Shown piece after piece: positions 17,032 through 26,890 of a DNA stretch of 64,000 bases. Numbering within the stretch: position 1 is the stretch's first letter; each line of letters opens with the position of its first letter. The translations under genes were made by a program, and so were the position numbers. This DNA comes from a virus (lineage: Duplodnaviria > Caudoviricetes). The stretch lies in the IMG/VR virus record IMGVR_UViG_3300020388_000009. One strand, 5' to 3'. The notes under the pieces were generated by a model. The model worked only from the letters and a program-made list of their open reading frames with translations, made no database searches and had not been told where the DNA came from.

Positions 17032-18069
17032 CTAAAATATTACGTAATTGACACCTACGCTAAAGTTGTGCCAATCCCTGTTCCAGTATTTATTATATCT
17101 TCCTTCTACAAATACTCCTAAACTCTTATTAAATCTATACCCAAATATAAGTCCTGCGGAATAATCTAACCATTGACCATTATTATATTTATGATATGAA
17201 TATTCGCTATCTGTATCAATATGATAAGGCATTACGTTACCCCATGAATGAAACCAGAAGTCTTTTGTAAAATGATAATAATCAAAACCTAACACAGCAG
17301 AATACTCTACTGTATTAGATAATGCATTTCTTTGATCTTCAACGTAATCGTTAATCACTTCTGGTACAACAACTTCTTCCCATACTTCTTGACTATTAGC
17401 AACCACATTACCATCCGGATCTAAATAAGTCCCATCTAATGTTATATTGTATCCCTCTTGAAGTGCCAGATATGTATAATGTAAACTTCCATTGGCCAAC
17501 ACCCAGTCTACCAGGGGGTCAAATCCATATGGTTCAGCAAGTCTTTGCACCGCCCCTATATTGAACGATAACTTACCTAATTCGCCTATTTGAAACCTGA
17601 ATCTTTCAGAGGCTTCAAAGTATTTTATATCGGCAAATCCATCTTCCAAGTACTCAACCTTACTCACCCATTTATCTGCAACATACCTTACAAAGTGATG
17701 CTGATTGATATAATCTATACCTAATCGTCTCACAAAATCAGTTTCAAACAAATATTCAAAACCATCTACCCGGCCTAATGTTGCTGCATCTGAATAAGAT
17801 CTTTCTGTACCATTATAGAATGTATTCGCTCTATTCTCATATCCAAATCGTTTTATCTTTCTGATACCAATTGATATACTGTAATCGAAAGGTGTTTCAA
17901 TAACTTGCTCTTCTAATGTTCCAGACGTAACTGACCATACTTGAGCATCTCCTAATGATGTACCACCATTAACTGCTGCATAAAATGTTGAATATTTAAA
18001 TATATTCTTAACGCCTTGCGCATTACTTAGTAACGGTAAACATAAAAATAATACTAATAACTTTCTCAT
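17032..18069 (-). CDS. Predicted outer-membrane beta-barrel protein
   Basis: Signal peptide ...LSNA-Q; aromatic-rich amphipathic strands; terminal beta-signal FSVGVNYVIF. Confidence 0.7.
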   Translation of the reverse strand: MRKLLVLFLCLPLLSNAQGVKNIFKYSTFYAAVNGGTSLGDAQVWSVTSGTLEEQVIETPFDYSISIGIRKIKRFGYENRANTFYNGTERSYSDAATLGRVDGFEYLFETDFVRRLGIDYINQHHFVRYVADKWVSKVEYLEDGFADIKYFEASERFRFQIGELGKLSFNIGAVQRLAEPYGFDPLVDWVLANGSLHYTYLALQEGYNITLDGTYLDPDGNVVANSQEVWEEVVVPEVINDYVEDQRNALSNTVEYSAVLGFDYYHFTKDFWFHSWGNVMPYHIDTDSEYSYHKYNNGQWLDYSAGLIFGYRFNKSLGVFVEGRYNKYWNRDWHNFSVGVNYVIF

Positions 18070-21011
18070 TGCTTAATTACCTTTTTATTGATTGATTTGC
18101 CATCATATGTTATAACAAAATTATATAAACCTGATGCCAATTGAGATACATCTAATTGATTTATTTTTGATTTTAATTGATCTTCTTTAACTCGTATTAC
18201 AAGTTTACCAGTTATATCATATACATCTATACTTGCTTGAACATTTGTTGCAATGGTAATCATATCATTAGTTGGATTAGGATATATAATAATATCAGCT
18301 TGTTCTAACAATTCATCAATATCTAATCCATTTTGCTCTTGGCAATAATCATATAAGCCTTCACATTTGATATCCCATTCGAGATCACAACAAGAAGGAT
18401 CGACATTTATTACCCATGCATAACAAGAATCATTTAACCAATATGGATCACCTGGTCCCATCCCTGCTCCACCACAACCTGCATCATATAGACAGCTACC
18501 ATTATCTTGATTTGCTATAGGATCATAGTTATAAGCTTCACTATCCATACAACCTTCTAATACATCGACACAAGAAAAGTCTTCTGTGTTTGCTTCTGAA
18601 TCATAATTTAATGCCGATGGATCAGTACAACCTAAAACAACATCAACGCATGAAAAGTCTTCTGTGTTAGCTAAAGGATCAAAATTAAATGCTGAAGGAT
18701 CTGTACAGCCATATAATACTGGAATGCAAGATTCGTTATCTGTATTAGCTACTGGGTCATAATTAAATGCTGTTGTGTCAGTACAACCAAATATATAAGG
18801 AATGCAGTTATCACTTGGCATATTAGCTAATTCATTATAATTCCACATTGTTGGATCCATACAACCATAAACTTCAGGTATACATGATTCATCATCGACA
18901 TTTGCATCTACATTATAATTAAATGCCATTGGATTTGTACAACCATAAATAGGATAAATACAATTATCATTATTTACATTTGCTGTAGGATCAAAATTTA
19001 AAGCCAATTCATCTATACATCCAAAATATAAACATGATTCATTATCATTTAAGTTAGCTAATGGCTGGTAATTCCATGCTTCTTCATCCGTACAGCCTAT
19101 AATCCATGGTTGACAAGAACCATCATCAGTGTTAGCTGGGTTCATATAATTATACCCATAAAGAGAAGGATCGGTACATCCATACACTACTGGTTCACAT
19201 GCTATAATATCTGGGTCATATGTGTTAGCTTCAGGATCATAATTAAACATTACAATGTCTGGATTAGATAAATTAGTAGGGTAAATACATCCATATACTA
19301 TAGGCTCGCAAATATCACCACAATAAGGCATTGCTGAATAAACGTTCCAAAATGGTGGTTGGAATGGCTGTAATGCACCCGCTCCATTGCCTTCAAAAGG
19401 ATTAACCCCTCCTGACAATAATTCAACTCCATCATCTCTTACAATTGTAAAAGAATTATGCATTGTTTGAAATAAAACTTCTTGAATTGGTTGCTGAGGA
19501 GCTTGTACTTGAAAATAATATACTTCAACAGACTTATCAGATTCTAATACTATGTCCCATGATTGTTCTTCTATGCCAGGCCCCAATGTATATATCCATT
19601 CTTGTTCTCCGTGGAATACAGCTAAATAAGAATCGCCCCAACCGTCAGATGCATCATCTTCAATTGTAATAGTGTAATTGCAAGGAGATATAAGTTCTAA
19701 TGAATTAGCATTGGGATCATAATTAAATTGACTATCATCAGTACATCCATATATTTTTTCTGTTTGGCAATCTTCCAGAACATTGACATTAGCTGCTAAA
19801 TCATATTCTAAGAAGTTATTATCCATACAACCATAGATAGGTGGTATTTCACAATAAGGTAACCAAATAGGACCTGAATAAGTAGCACTACCAAATCCTG
19901 CTTCTGGTAAAGTCCATACTGTGTCTAATCCATCACCACATGGTTCTGTATCTGCTAATATTACGAAATTACCATCTGTTCCACCATTATACAAAGATCC
20001 TTGCATTCCATCACCGTAGTCATCACTTAATATAAGTTCAACACCTGAAGTAGGAACACATAGTTCATATGGTATAGTTGTATTAGCTTGCGAATAATCA
20101 TATTCTCCTCCTACAACATTGGCTACTGGTTGACCGTTACTAATATCTGTAAGTATCCATCCTGTTTCTCCTGGAAATTGATCCAATGTAATTTGAAGTA
20201 TCATTTTTGCTTCACCATCAGAACATACTCCGTTAACACAAGAACCATTATCAGCTTCTGCTAAAGGATTATAATTAGGCGATCCCGGATCAGTACATCC
20301 AAATATAGGAAATTCACATGTAAAGTTTTCTACATTAGCTTCCGGATCGAAGTTTAATGCTGTATCATTTGTACAACCTTCTACAACTGGTAGGCATGAA
20401 CCATCGTCTGTATTGGCAGTATCATTAAAATTAAAAGCAGAAGAGTCTGTACAACCTAAAATTTCTGCATTAGGATCGGGACAATCACCTTCATCCCAAT
20501 TAAATTCTTCACAATCAAAATAAACAGGATTTCCTAGATAAGAATAAATTCCATTGTCACAATAACCATCACCAATCCAACTAGTAATATTAGTTACATC
20601 AGAACCATTACAATCAAGTAAAGGATATTGACAAGAATCATTATCAACATTTGCATTTTCATTATAATTTAATGCTAAACTATCTGTACAACCTTCTATG
20701 TCTACAGAACTACAGTCTCCCAATAAAAATGAACCTGCACCACCTTGTAAATCTCCTATGGCCCAAGAAATTTCTCCTGGGTAAGATCCGCCACCTACTT
20801 CAATATTATTACATTCATTTAAATTAACACATATTGTATCAACTGCTTCTGCTCCGCTTGCAAGTGTTATGGAATTATAACCTACTGTTAAAGTGTTACC
20901 GTTCCATCCATCGCCATATGAATCGTACATATTAACTACTAAATTGCTACAGTCTTGACCATAGATAGTAGTTGTAAATAATAATATAAATAATAAAAAT
21001 AATTTTCTCAT
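18066..21011 (-). CDS. 981 aa Cys/Asp-rich repeat protein with T9SS type A C-terminal sorting domain
   Basis: Signal peptide ...TIYG-Q; about 16 GCTD-x-A-x-NY-x-P-x-AN-xx-DGSC repeats; CTD IYPNPT...VYDITGKLV...LASGLY...KKVIKQ. Confidence 0.85.
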   Translation of the reverse strand: MRKLFLLFILLFTTTIYGQDCSNLVVNMYDSYGDGWNGNTLTVGYNSITLASGAEAVDTICVNLNECNNIEVGGGSYPGEISWAIGDLQGGAGSFLLGDCSSVDIEGCTDSLALNYNENANVDNDSCQYPLLDCNGSDVTNITSWIGDGYCDNGIYSYLGNPVYFDCEEFNWDEGDCPDPNAEILGCTDSSAFNFNDTANTDDGSCLPVVEGCTNDTALNFDPEANVENFTCEFPIFGCTDPGSPNYNPLAEADNGSCVNGVCSDGEAKMILQITLDQFPGETGWILTDISNGQPVANVVGGEYDYSQANTTIPYELCVPTSGVELILSDDYGDGMQGSLYNGGTDGNFVILADTEPCGDGLDTVWTLPEAGFGSATYSGPIWLPYCEIPPIYGCMDNNFLEYDLAANVNVLEDCQTEKIYGCTDDSQFNYDPNANSLELISPCNYTITIEDDASDGWGDSYLAVFHGEQEWIYTLGPGIEEQSWDIVLESDKSVEVYYFQVQAPQQPIQEVLFQTMHNSFTIVRDDGVELLSGGVNPFEGNGAGALQPFQPPFWNVYSAMPYCGDICEPIVYGCIYPTNLSNPDIVMFNYDPEANTYDPDIIACEPVVYGCTDPSLYGYNYMNPANTDDGSCQPWIIGCTDEEAWNYQPLANLNDNESCLYFGCIDELALNFDPTANVNNDNCIYPIYGCTNPMAFNYNVDANVDDESCIPEVYGCMDPTMWNYNELANMPSDNCIPYIFGCTDTTAFNYDPVANTDNESCIPVLYGCTDPSAFNFDPLANTEDFSCVDVVLGCTDPSALNYDSEANTEDFSCVDVLEGCMDSEAYNYDPIANQDNGSCLYDAGCGGAGMGPGDPYWLNDSCYAWVINVDPSCCDLEWDIKCEGLYDYCQEQNGLDIDELLEQADIIIYPNPTNDMITIATNVQASIDVYDITGKLVIRVKEDQLKSKINQLDVSQLASGLYNFVITYDGKSINKKVIKQ

Positions 21012-21295
21012 AATTCTATTCCAAAATTAAATAACATTAATCGGAATCGTTTGCAGCCATTACGGTCGCATGGACAATAGTATGACTCGAATAATGTAAA
21101 TGTTCCTATTCGTATTGTTACATCATACCGCTCTTTCTTGTTACCATACTTCCAAGAATTAATAAAGTTCCAACTTCTTTTTTGAATAGATTTTTTGGCC
21201 TTTGCGGCAGTAACTGCTTTTTTATACTTACGCTTCTTTGCTACTTTCTTCACTTCTGATGCACTCTTTCTTACTTTTTTCTCTGCTGTTGCCAT
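21008..21295 (-). CDS. Lys/Ala-rich basic protein
   Basis: KKVAKKRKYKKAVTAAKAKK N-terminus; ATGA overlap with the T9SS cargo gene. Confidence 0.6.
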   Translation of the reverse strand: MATAEKKVRKSASEVKKVAKKRKYKKAVTAAKAKKSIQKRSWNFINSWKYGNKKERYDVTIRIGTFTLFESYYCPCDRNGCKRFRLMLFNFGIEL

Positions 21296-21300
21296 AACTT

Positions 21301-21690
21301 TTATCCTTTAAATATTTGTTTTTTACCACCAAAGTACTCATATGCATGGCCTTCGGCTTTTAATGTTTCATTTATATTATATTGTTTACCGGTTTCATCC
21401 TGTATAAAGATCTCTCCAAGTACTCTACCATACTTACCTACGCCATGAGACTTTAATCTAAAGTAACCTGATTTAGAACTAACCTTTTCTAATAGCTCTT
21501 TGTTACGTTCTTTGGCCGCCAAACCTTTGGCCTTCTCATCCAAATCTCTTGTTCTGCTTTCCCACGTGTCAATTCCCATATACCGGATTCGTTTCTTAAC
21601 CCATATATCAAAACCAACATCAATAAGTGCATCGATAGTATCGCCGTCAACAACTCTTTCAAGTTTTGCTCTGTAAATATATTTGTCCAT
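21301..21690 (-). CDS. Thermonuclease (SNase-like)
   Basis: RVVDGDTID, RIRYMGIDTWE, GKYGRVLG. Confidence 0.85.
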   Translation of the reverse strand: MDKYIYRAKLERVVDGDTIDALIDVGFDIWVKKRIRYMGIDTWESRTRDLDEKAKGLAAKERNKELLEKVSSKSGYFRLKSHGVGKYGRVLGEIFIQDETGKQYNINETLKAEGHAYEYFGGKKQIFKG

Positions 21691-21704
21691 AACTAATTCC
21701 TTGT

Positions 21705-22076
21705 TTATTTATCATCAGGTTCATAATGATATTTTAATACTGCCTTTTTAACAGACTTACCTTTTGATGTACCATCTGCTAATAACTCTGATGGTACTAT
21801 GTTGTCTGGAGTTCCATACCAATACTGTATTTCATATCCTTTACCATCTGTCCATTTAACAATTAACCCGCGTTCATCTTGTGCATCTGCTTTAAGAACT
21901 ATTTCTTTTTTTGCTGGCAATACCATATCAATAGATTTCTTGCCACCTTTTTCAGAGTCACCTGTTTCTGGATCAAATATCTTTTTAGGAATTTCTTCAA
22001 ACCCAGAACCTTTAAGTAAGTCCTTTAATTTAGGTATTTTGTATTTCAATGAATTTTTATTTAAATTTTCAGCCAT
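21705..22076 (-). CDS. Hypothetical late protein
   Basis: 123 aa; KLKDLL near the N-terminus. Confidence 0.6.
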   Translation of the reverse strand: MAENLNKNSLKYKIPKLKDLLKGSGFEEIPKKIFDPETGDSEKGGKKSIDMVLPAKKEIVLKADAQDERGLIVKWTDGKGYEIQYWYGTPDNIVPSELLADGTSKGKSVKKAVLKYHYEPDDK

Positions 22077-23202
22077 TATATTTCTCCAATTGATCTAATG
22101 TTTTTGTTAACCCCATTCCAGGTTTAAATGTTGAGCCAGAATTGCCTACTGTGTATACTGCGGCCTTTCCCATTCCATTTGGTAAGTCTATTATCTTTTT
22201 AATAACACCTATAGAACCAAAATGTTCACAATTTGGATTGATATTTTTTACAATATCTCCGGTACCGAATGTATATTCTTGTATTGATTCTTCAACACCT
22301 ATAGGTCGTTGTACACCTCTATCATTATGGTTCTTATCTAACCAAATTTGTAATTCTCTGTTCATTGAAAAATCATTTCCAAGCTCTTTACTACTTGCCT
22401 GACTCATTATGAATTTCTCAATATCTTTTAGAAAATTATCTTCTACTGTATCATCTACTATGTCTTGGATATCATCATCTACATCTAACTGTCCAATGAA
22501 TCCACCATCTTTGGAGTTTGCATCAGGCTGGCTCATAGCTTTCTTAAGAAAGTCTAAACCATCTTTGGCAGTAAATATCCATTCTGCTGCAGTTCCGACC
22601 AAAGGTGCTAACGTTACCGCCTTTTTACCAACTGCCTTTGCTCCTTGTTTAATAGCAGCATTTCTTTTATCTTTCTTTATATTTTTAATACGAGTCTGTA
22701 AATCACCGTAAGTTTGAAGGTCACCCCAACCCCTTCCTTCTATCTCTTCTTCATCTTCACGGATGACACTATCATCGATTGGTAAAGCCTGTAATTCTTT
22801 TTTTTTGTCTTTAAGTGCCTTGGTTTCTAAATCATTTGCTTTTAATTTAGCTTTAAGAACATCTCTACTTATTTCAGACATTTGAATAGACTCTTCCTTC
22901 TTTGGTTCTTCTTCCTCTGGTTCTTCTTTTGCAGACTCTTCTTCACCGCCATCTGCTCCCATGGCTTTGTTGTATGTATCTAAATCTACCACATTGCCTC
23001 CTACAGATAATTGTAGTATCATACGATAATCAAATCGATGCATTTGACCATCTTCGTCCATTCCAAAACCTATTAAAGGATCTTGTATATCATCTGTACT
23101 GGTTATGGTAAGATATCTACCATTTACATATACTTTAATTGGAATTCGTGTTAATACAAATTGGCCTATAACCACATTACTAAATGCTTTGATTGGTTCC
23201 AT
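22069..23202 (-). CDS. Modular acidic protein, putative internal head protein
   Basis: Modules separated by VIRE/SIQE-type linkers; C-terminal SH3-like module; TATTTATA at 23225-23232. Confidence 0.55.
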   Translation of the reverse strand: MEPIKAFSNVVIGQFVLTRIPIKVYVNGRYLTITSTDDIQDPLIGFGMDEDGQMHRFDYRMILQLSVGGNVVDLDTYNKAMGADGGEEESAKEEPEEEEPKKEESIQMSEISRDVLKAKLKANDLETKALKDKKKELQALPIDDSVIREDEEEIEGRGWGDLQTYGDLQTRIKNIKKDKRNAAIKQGAKAVGKKAVTLAPLVGTAAEWIFTAKDGLDFLKKAMSQPDANSKDGGFIGQLDVDDDIQDIVDDTVEDNFLKDIEKFIMSQASSKELGNDFSMNRELQIWLDKNHNDRGVQRPIGVEESIQEYTFGTGDIVKNINPNCEHFGSIGVIKKIIDLPNGMGKAAVYTVGNSGSTFKPGMGLTKTLDQLEKYNG

Positions 23203-23244
23203 ACGTTAACCTTTTTCGATTTAATATAAATATGCAGTTGTAAC

Positions 23245-23592
23245 TTATTTCCAGAGAATTTGAATAAGAACTAATGCCGTTGCTAATAATAAAGATACCA
23301 TTGTTTTATGATTTATTCCTTCACCCATAATAGCTGAAGTACAAATACCAAAAACAAATACACCGGTTGCAAATCCTATGAACCGACCTGGCCATAATGA
23401 ACCATCAAAATAAGTAACAATAAGTTCTGTGGCTTTGATAAACATGACAGAAATTGGGGTACTAAATAGTAAGGCCATTAAGAACGGGTGATCTTTTGCC
23501 CACTTCCAAAAGAATTGGCCATTTGTCTGGAACCAGATCATAACTTGACCTACAGTAAATAAAGCAATTGCATACAAAAAATGTTTCATCAT
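23245..23592 (-). CDS. Small four-TM membrane protein (SMR/DMT-like topology)
   Basis: Four hydrophobic helices in 115 aa; own promoter at 23602-23633. Confidence 0.6.
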   Translation of the reverse strand: MMKHFLYAIALFTVGQVMIWFQTNGQFFWKWAKDHPFLMALLFSTPISVMFIKATELIVTYFDGSLWPGRFIGFATGVFVFGICTSAIMGEGINHKTMVSLLLATALVLIQILWK

Positions 23593-23601
23593 ATTTTTAT
23601 T

Positions 23602-23633
23602 TTAATATAATGAAACATTTTCAATTATCCTAA
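23602..23633 (-). promoter_or_regulatory. Early promoter
   Basis: TTAG-N20-TATATTAA. Confidence 0.55.
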
Positions 23634-23640
23634 TAATTTA

Positions 23641-24258
23641 TTAAGGTCTTTGGAATACAAATAAACTAGCTGATATACTACCATCCATTATAAATCCGGA
23701 TGTCCAAGCTGATGAGCTAAATATCTGAGATCCGCTTAATGTATATAAGTCTCCGGATTGGCCTTGGCTGATACCGTTAAGGGGAGATGATCTATGTGGT
23801 ATGCCGGCTAAGTTCGTCGCGCCTCCAACTACTAATCCATGGGTTGATATACCTGATGCTGTTACACCACCGGAGGCTGATATAGCAGAGGTTCCAATAT
23901 TACCGACTGTTAATGTGTCACCGACTGTTAAATTATCCTCTATAAATGCATCATCTGTTGAATATAAATGCTCTGCTCTCACCGTCATCGAAGATGTTAT
24001 ATGACCAGAAACATATGTATGTCCTCCAACAATAAAAGGTTTTAAAAGTTGAACTGTATCACCAAGAACAATATAAGTAGTGGTACCTGTCGTGTTTTGT
24101 ATATATTCAGTTCCTACTGCTTGCGTTCCATATACTCTTTGAGCAGTCACATTACCAGCTAATGTGATAGATCCGGTTAGGTCCAATGAACCTGATACTC
24201 CAATTGTTCCACCCACGCCGGCTAATGGAGTTAAATTGTTTACATTAAGATTACTCAT
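23641..24258 (-). CDS. Putative virion fibre/structural protein
   Basis: G/S/T-rich beta-strand sequence (VSGSLDLTGS, ISASG); TATTTATA at 24286-24293. Confidence 0.55.
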   Translation of the reverse strand: MSNLNVNNLTPLAGVGGTIGVSGSLDLTGSITLAGNVTAQRVYGTQAVGTEYIQNTTGTTTYIVLGDTVQLLKPFIVGGHTYVSGHITSSMTVRAEHLYSTDDAFIEDNLTVGDTLTVGNIGTSAISASGGVTASGISTHGLVVGGATNLAGIPHRSSPLNGISQGQSGDLYTLSGSQIFSSSAWTSGFIMDGSISASLFVFQRP

Positions 24259-24333
24259 ATCGGTATTCCCGTTTTTCTATTTTATTATAAATATACATTT
24301 GTATCATTTAAACTACGTTTGTTTTTACTTTTT

Positions 24334-26028
24334 TTATGGCTCATCTGTCCATGGACCATTCATGTTTATAATACTCCAACTAGCTTCATTTTGACATGTT
24401 ACATGTAAACGAGCATTACTCTGCATTGATTGTGATACTAGTTGGATACCTTTTCCATTTGTCCCAATATCTCCCGCAGAATTAAATATAAATTTTCCAC
24501 TATCATTTGGAGTTACAAGTATAGTAGGTGCAAATGTTGTATGATTAGCATGTGCATATCGCTGTTTACTTCTAATATCAAATGACATTCCTACTGATGC
24601 AGAAGGTAATTCTAATCTTATTATCCCAGCTGGATTATCTAAATATCGACCATTAGCGGTTGGTAAACCATACCATGGATGACTAGGAGATAATGAAGGA
24701 GCAAACTCTACACCATATAATGGATTTGATCCACTACAAACAAGTACTTGTCTTCCCATTCCATGAGCTGCATTTGATAATGTTAATGATGCAGTTATTG
24801 GTATATCATTATCCCAACCAACTGAAATTTGATCAACAACTAATTCACCAGATCCAGAAGGACCAGAAATTTCTACAGTTGCCCCAGATGATGACTCTGA
24901 TGATGATAAGTCTCCTACAAAGGTAGTAACCGAACTAATTGATGCTGATGGATCTGCGGATTCATTTCCTTCAAATACGTTTGATCCGTTAGTAAATACA
25001 CTATCACCTGACTGAGTCAATTCTGAATTAATGACTGTGCTATCACCTGATAATGTTGTATCTCCAGTTACAGCTATATCTGTTACTGTACCACCTGTAA
25101 ATTGTTGATTAGAATTAATTATTGTTACATTGGAACCGTTTGGTATTGTATAATTAATACCTTCATTAATTGTTATGGATAAATTTTCATCGGTGACATT
25201 TAAAGTGGTTACGCCGGCGCCAGCAATAGTATTTGTTGATATTATCTGAGTGAATGCTACACCACCTGTTCCTACCGTGGTATCAGGTCCTACAACAACT
25301 TCTTCTTCAAGTATTTCAACTCCTGTATCTCCTACATCTCCACCTGTAAATGTTTGATCTGTATTTATTATTGTTACATCGGCGCCTACCGATATCGTAT
25401 AATTAATTCCGGATGCAATTGTATAACTAGGATTCTCATCTGATACATTAATGATAGTTGTTGTATTTGGTTGTATGGTAATGTCTTGAGATGTTTCTGC
25501 GGTATTACCAGTACCACCTACTGTACCTAATGCTCCGTATATTAAACTTGTACCAGGTGCAACACTCAATGCATTATCTGCTGTTATTATTCCGGTTGTT
25601 ATTAGTCCATTATCAAGTATGAATCCATAGTTATCTTGATCAAACCCAGTGAATCCGTTTAAGAATGCTGACGTTTGAGTCACTCCATTAGTCTGCGTTG
25701 ATATTGATCCAGTTAATTGCAGATCAATAGTTGCCTTAGGGCCTATAGATACTAAAAATGGATCGATATGAAGAGCTTCGTAATTGTCTCTAACAAATAC
25801 ATCTAAAGTTTCGCCTTTTTTCAGCGTACCGTATTTGGTCCTTTGCCGGCCGGCGGTTCTGTTCATGTCAATAAAGGTGGAAGAACTTTCAAATGCTCGT
25901 ATACGTTTAACAGGAATACCAGTATCTGATTTTCTTCTTAATTCAAAGTCTTTTGATGCAGTTACATCTCCTTTCTTAAACTCTACTCCGTCAAATGAAA
26001 GTTTATCACCAGTTATTTCAATTGCCAT
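24334..26028 (-). CDS. Putative virion fibre/structural protein with internal duplication
   Basis: T/G/S-rich; two copies of NV(S/T)DEN.S.TI..GINYTI..G..VTIIN..Q.FTGG; TATTTATA at 26045-26052. Confidence 0.55.
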   Translation of the reverse strand: MAIEITGDKLSFDGVEFKKGDVTASKDFELRRKSDTGIPVKRIRAFESSSTFIDMNRTAGRQRTKYGTLKKGETLDVFVRDNYEALHIDPFLVSIGPKATIDLQLTGSISTQTNGVTQTSAFLNGFTGFDQDNYGFILDNGLITTGIITADNALSVAPGTSLIYGALGTVGGTGNTAETSQDITIQPNTTTIINVSDENPSYTIASGINYTISVGADVTIINTDQTFTGGDVGDTGVEILEEEVVVGPDTTVGTGGVAFTQIISTNTIAGAGVTTLNVTDENLSITINEGINYTIPNGSNVTIINSNQQFTGGTVTDIAVTGDTTLSGDSTVINSELTQSGDSVFTNGSNVFEGNESADPSASISSVTTFVGDLSSSESSSGATVEISGPSGSGELVVDQISVGWDNDIPITASLTLSNAAHGMGRQVLVCSGSNPLYGVEFAPSLSPSHPWYGLPTANGRYLDNPAGIIRLELPSASVGMSFDIRSKQRYAHANHTTFAPTILVTPNDSGKFIFNSAGDIGTNGKGIQLVSQSMQSNARLHVTCQNEASWSIINMNGPWTDEP

Positions 26029-26053
26029 GACTCATATCCTTTGTTATAAATAT

Positions 26054-26890
26054 CTACGGAACAATTAAAGTTCCATTAGTATTATCAATATTTCCTTCAT
26101 TAATTATAATTCCTTGCGATGCATTAATTGTACCATTATTTGTTATAACTGCATTGACTGTCACAACACCTTGTATTATCAAAGTTACGCCGGCGTTTAT
26201 AGTTAACGGTATGTTAACATCGACGCTGTTAGGCCATGTCACAGACTCAGATATTTCTGATATCCCATCTGCGTGATTAATTACACCATCACTCCATGGA
26301 TATTGTATACCAGCTGATCCTAAACTATTTTGCACAGAATGTAAATTAGCATAATAATTAGTACGATCTGTTTGTCGTTGTTCGGCTAATTTATATAAAC
26401 GCACTTTTTCAGACATTGGTAAATCGATTACATCTGGGTGAGTTGAAAATGACTTCCATGTTAATTTCCAGGTACTAGGTGCATTTATCGGAGCACCTTC
26501 ATTAATACCTCTTTTCTTTTTAACTTTTGGCTTTTGTTTTGATTGGGCTATATATCGTTCTGCATCCGCGATCTTTCCTTCTGCAATAAGTTTTTTACTA
26601 AGTTCTGCTTTTGCTAATTCATCGGCTTTCCAAGCTTCGAACTCTTCGATACGTCTTTGATTTTTTTCGTCTTGTATACGTTTTTGGTTTAAATATTCTT
26701 GCTCTTGTCGAGCTGCTTCTTCTTCCAATACTCGTTGTACATGTGCTTGTTTAGCGTTTTGTTCGTGGTCAAACTCTTCCCATTCACGTTTAATACGATC
26801 TTGTTCTACCTGTTCAGCTAACATTTGTTGCTTAGCTTCCCATGCTTCTTGTTTCTTTTTTACTTTATCTTTAAATGGACGTGGAATCAT
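26054..26890 (-). CDS. Coiled-coil protein with beta-helix-like C-terminus
   Basis: E/Q/K-rich N-terminal half; LTINAGVTLII...ITNNGTIN C-terminus. Confidence 0.55.
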   Translation of the reverse strand: MIPRPFKDKVKKKQEAWEAKQQMLAEQVEQDRIKREWEEFDHEQNAKQAHVQRVLEEEAARQEQEYLNQKRIQDEKNQRRIEEFEAWKADELAKAELSKKLIAEGKIADAERYIAQSKQKPKVKKKRGINEGAPINAPSTWKLTWKSFSTHPDVIDLPMSEKVRLYKLAEQRQTDRTNYYANLHSVQNSLGSAGIQYPWSDGVINHADGISEISESVTWPNSVDVNIPLTINAGVTLIIQGVVTVNAVITNNGTINASQGIIINEGNIDNTNGTLIVP

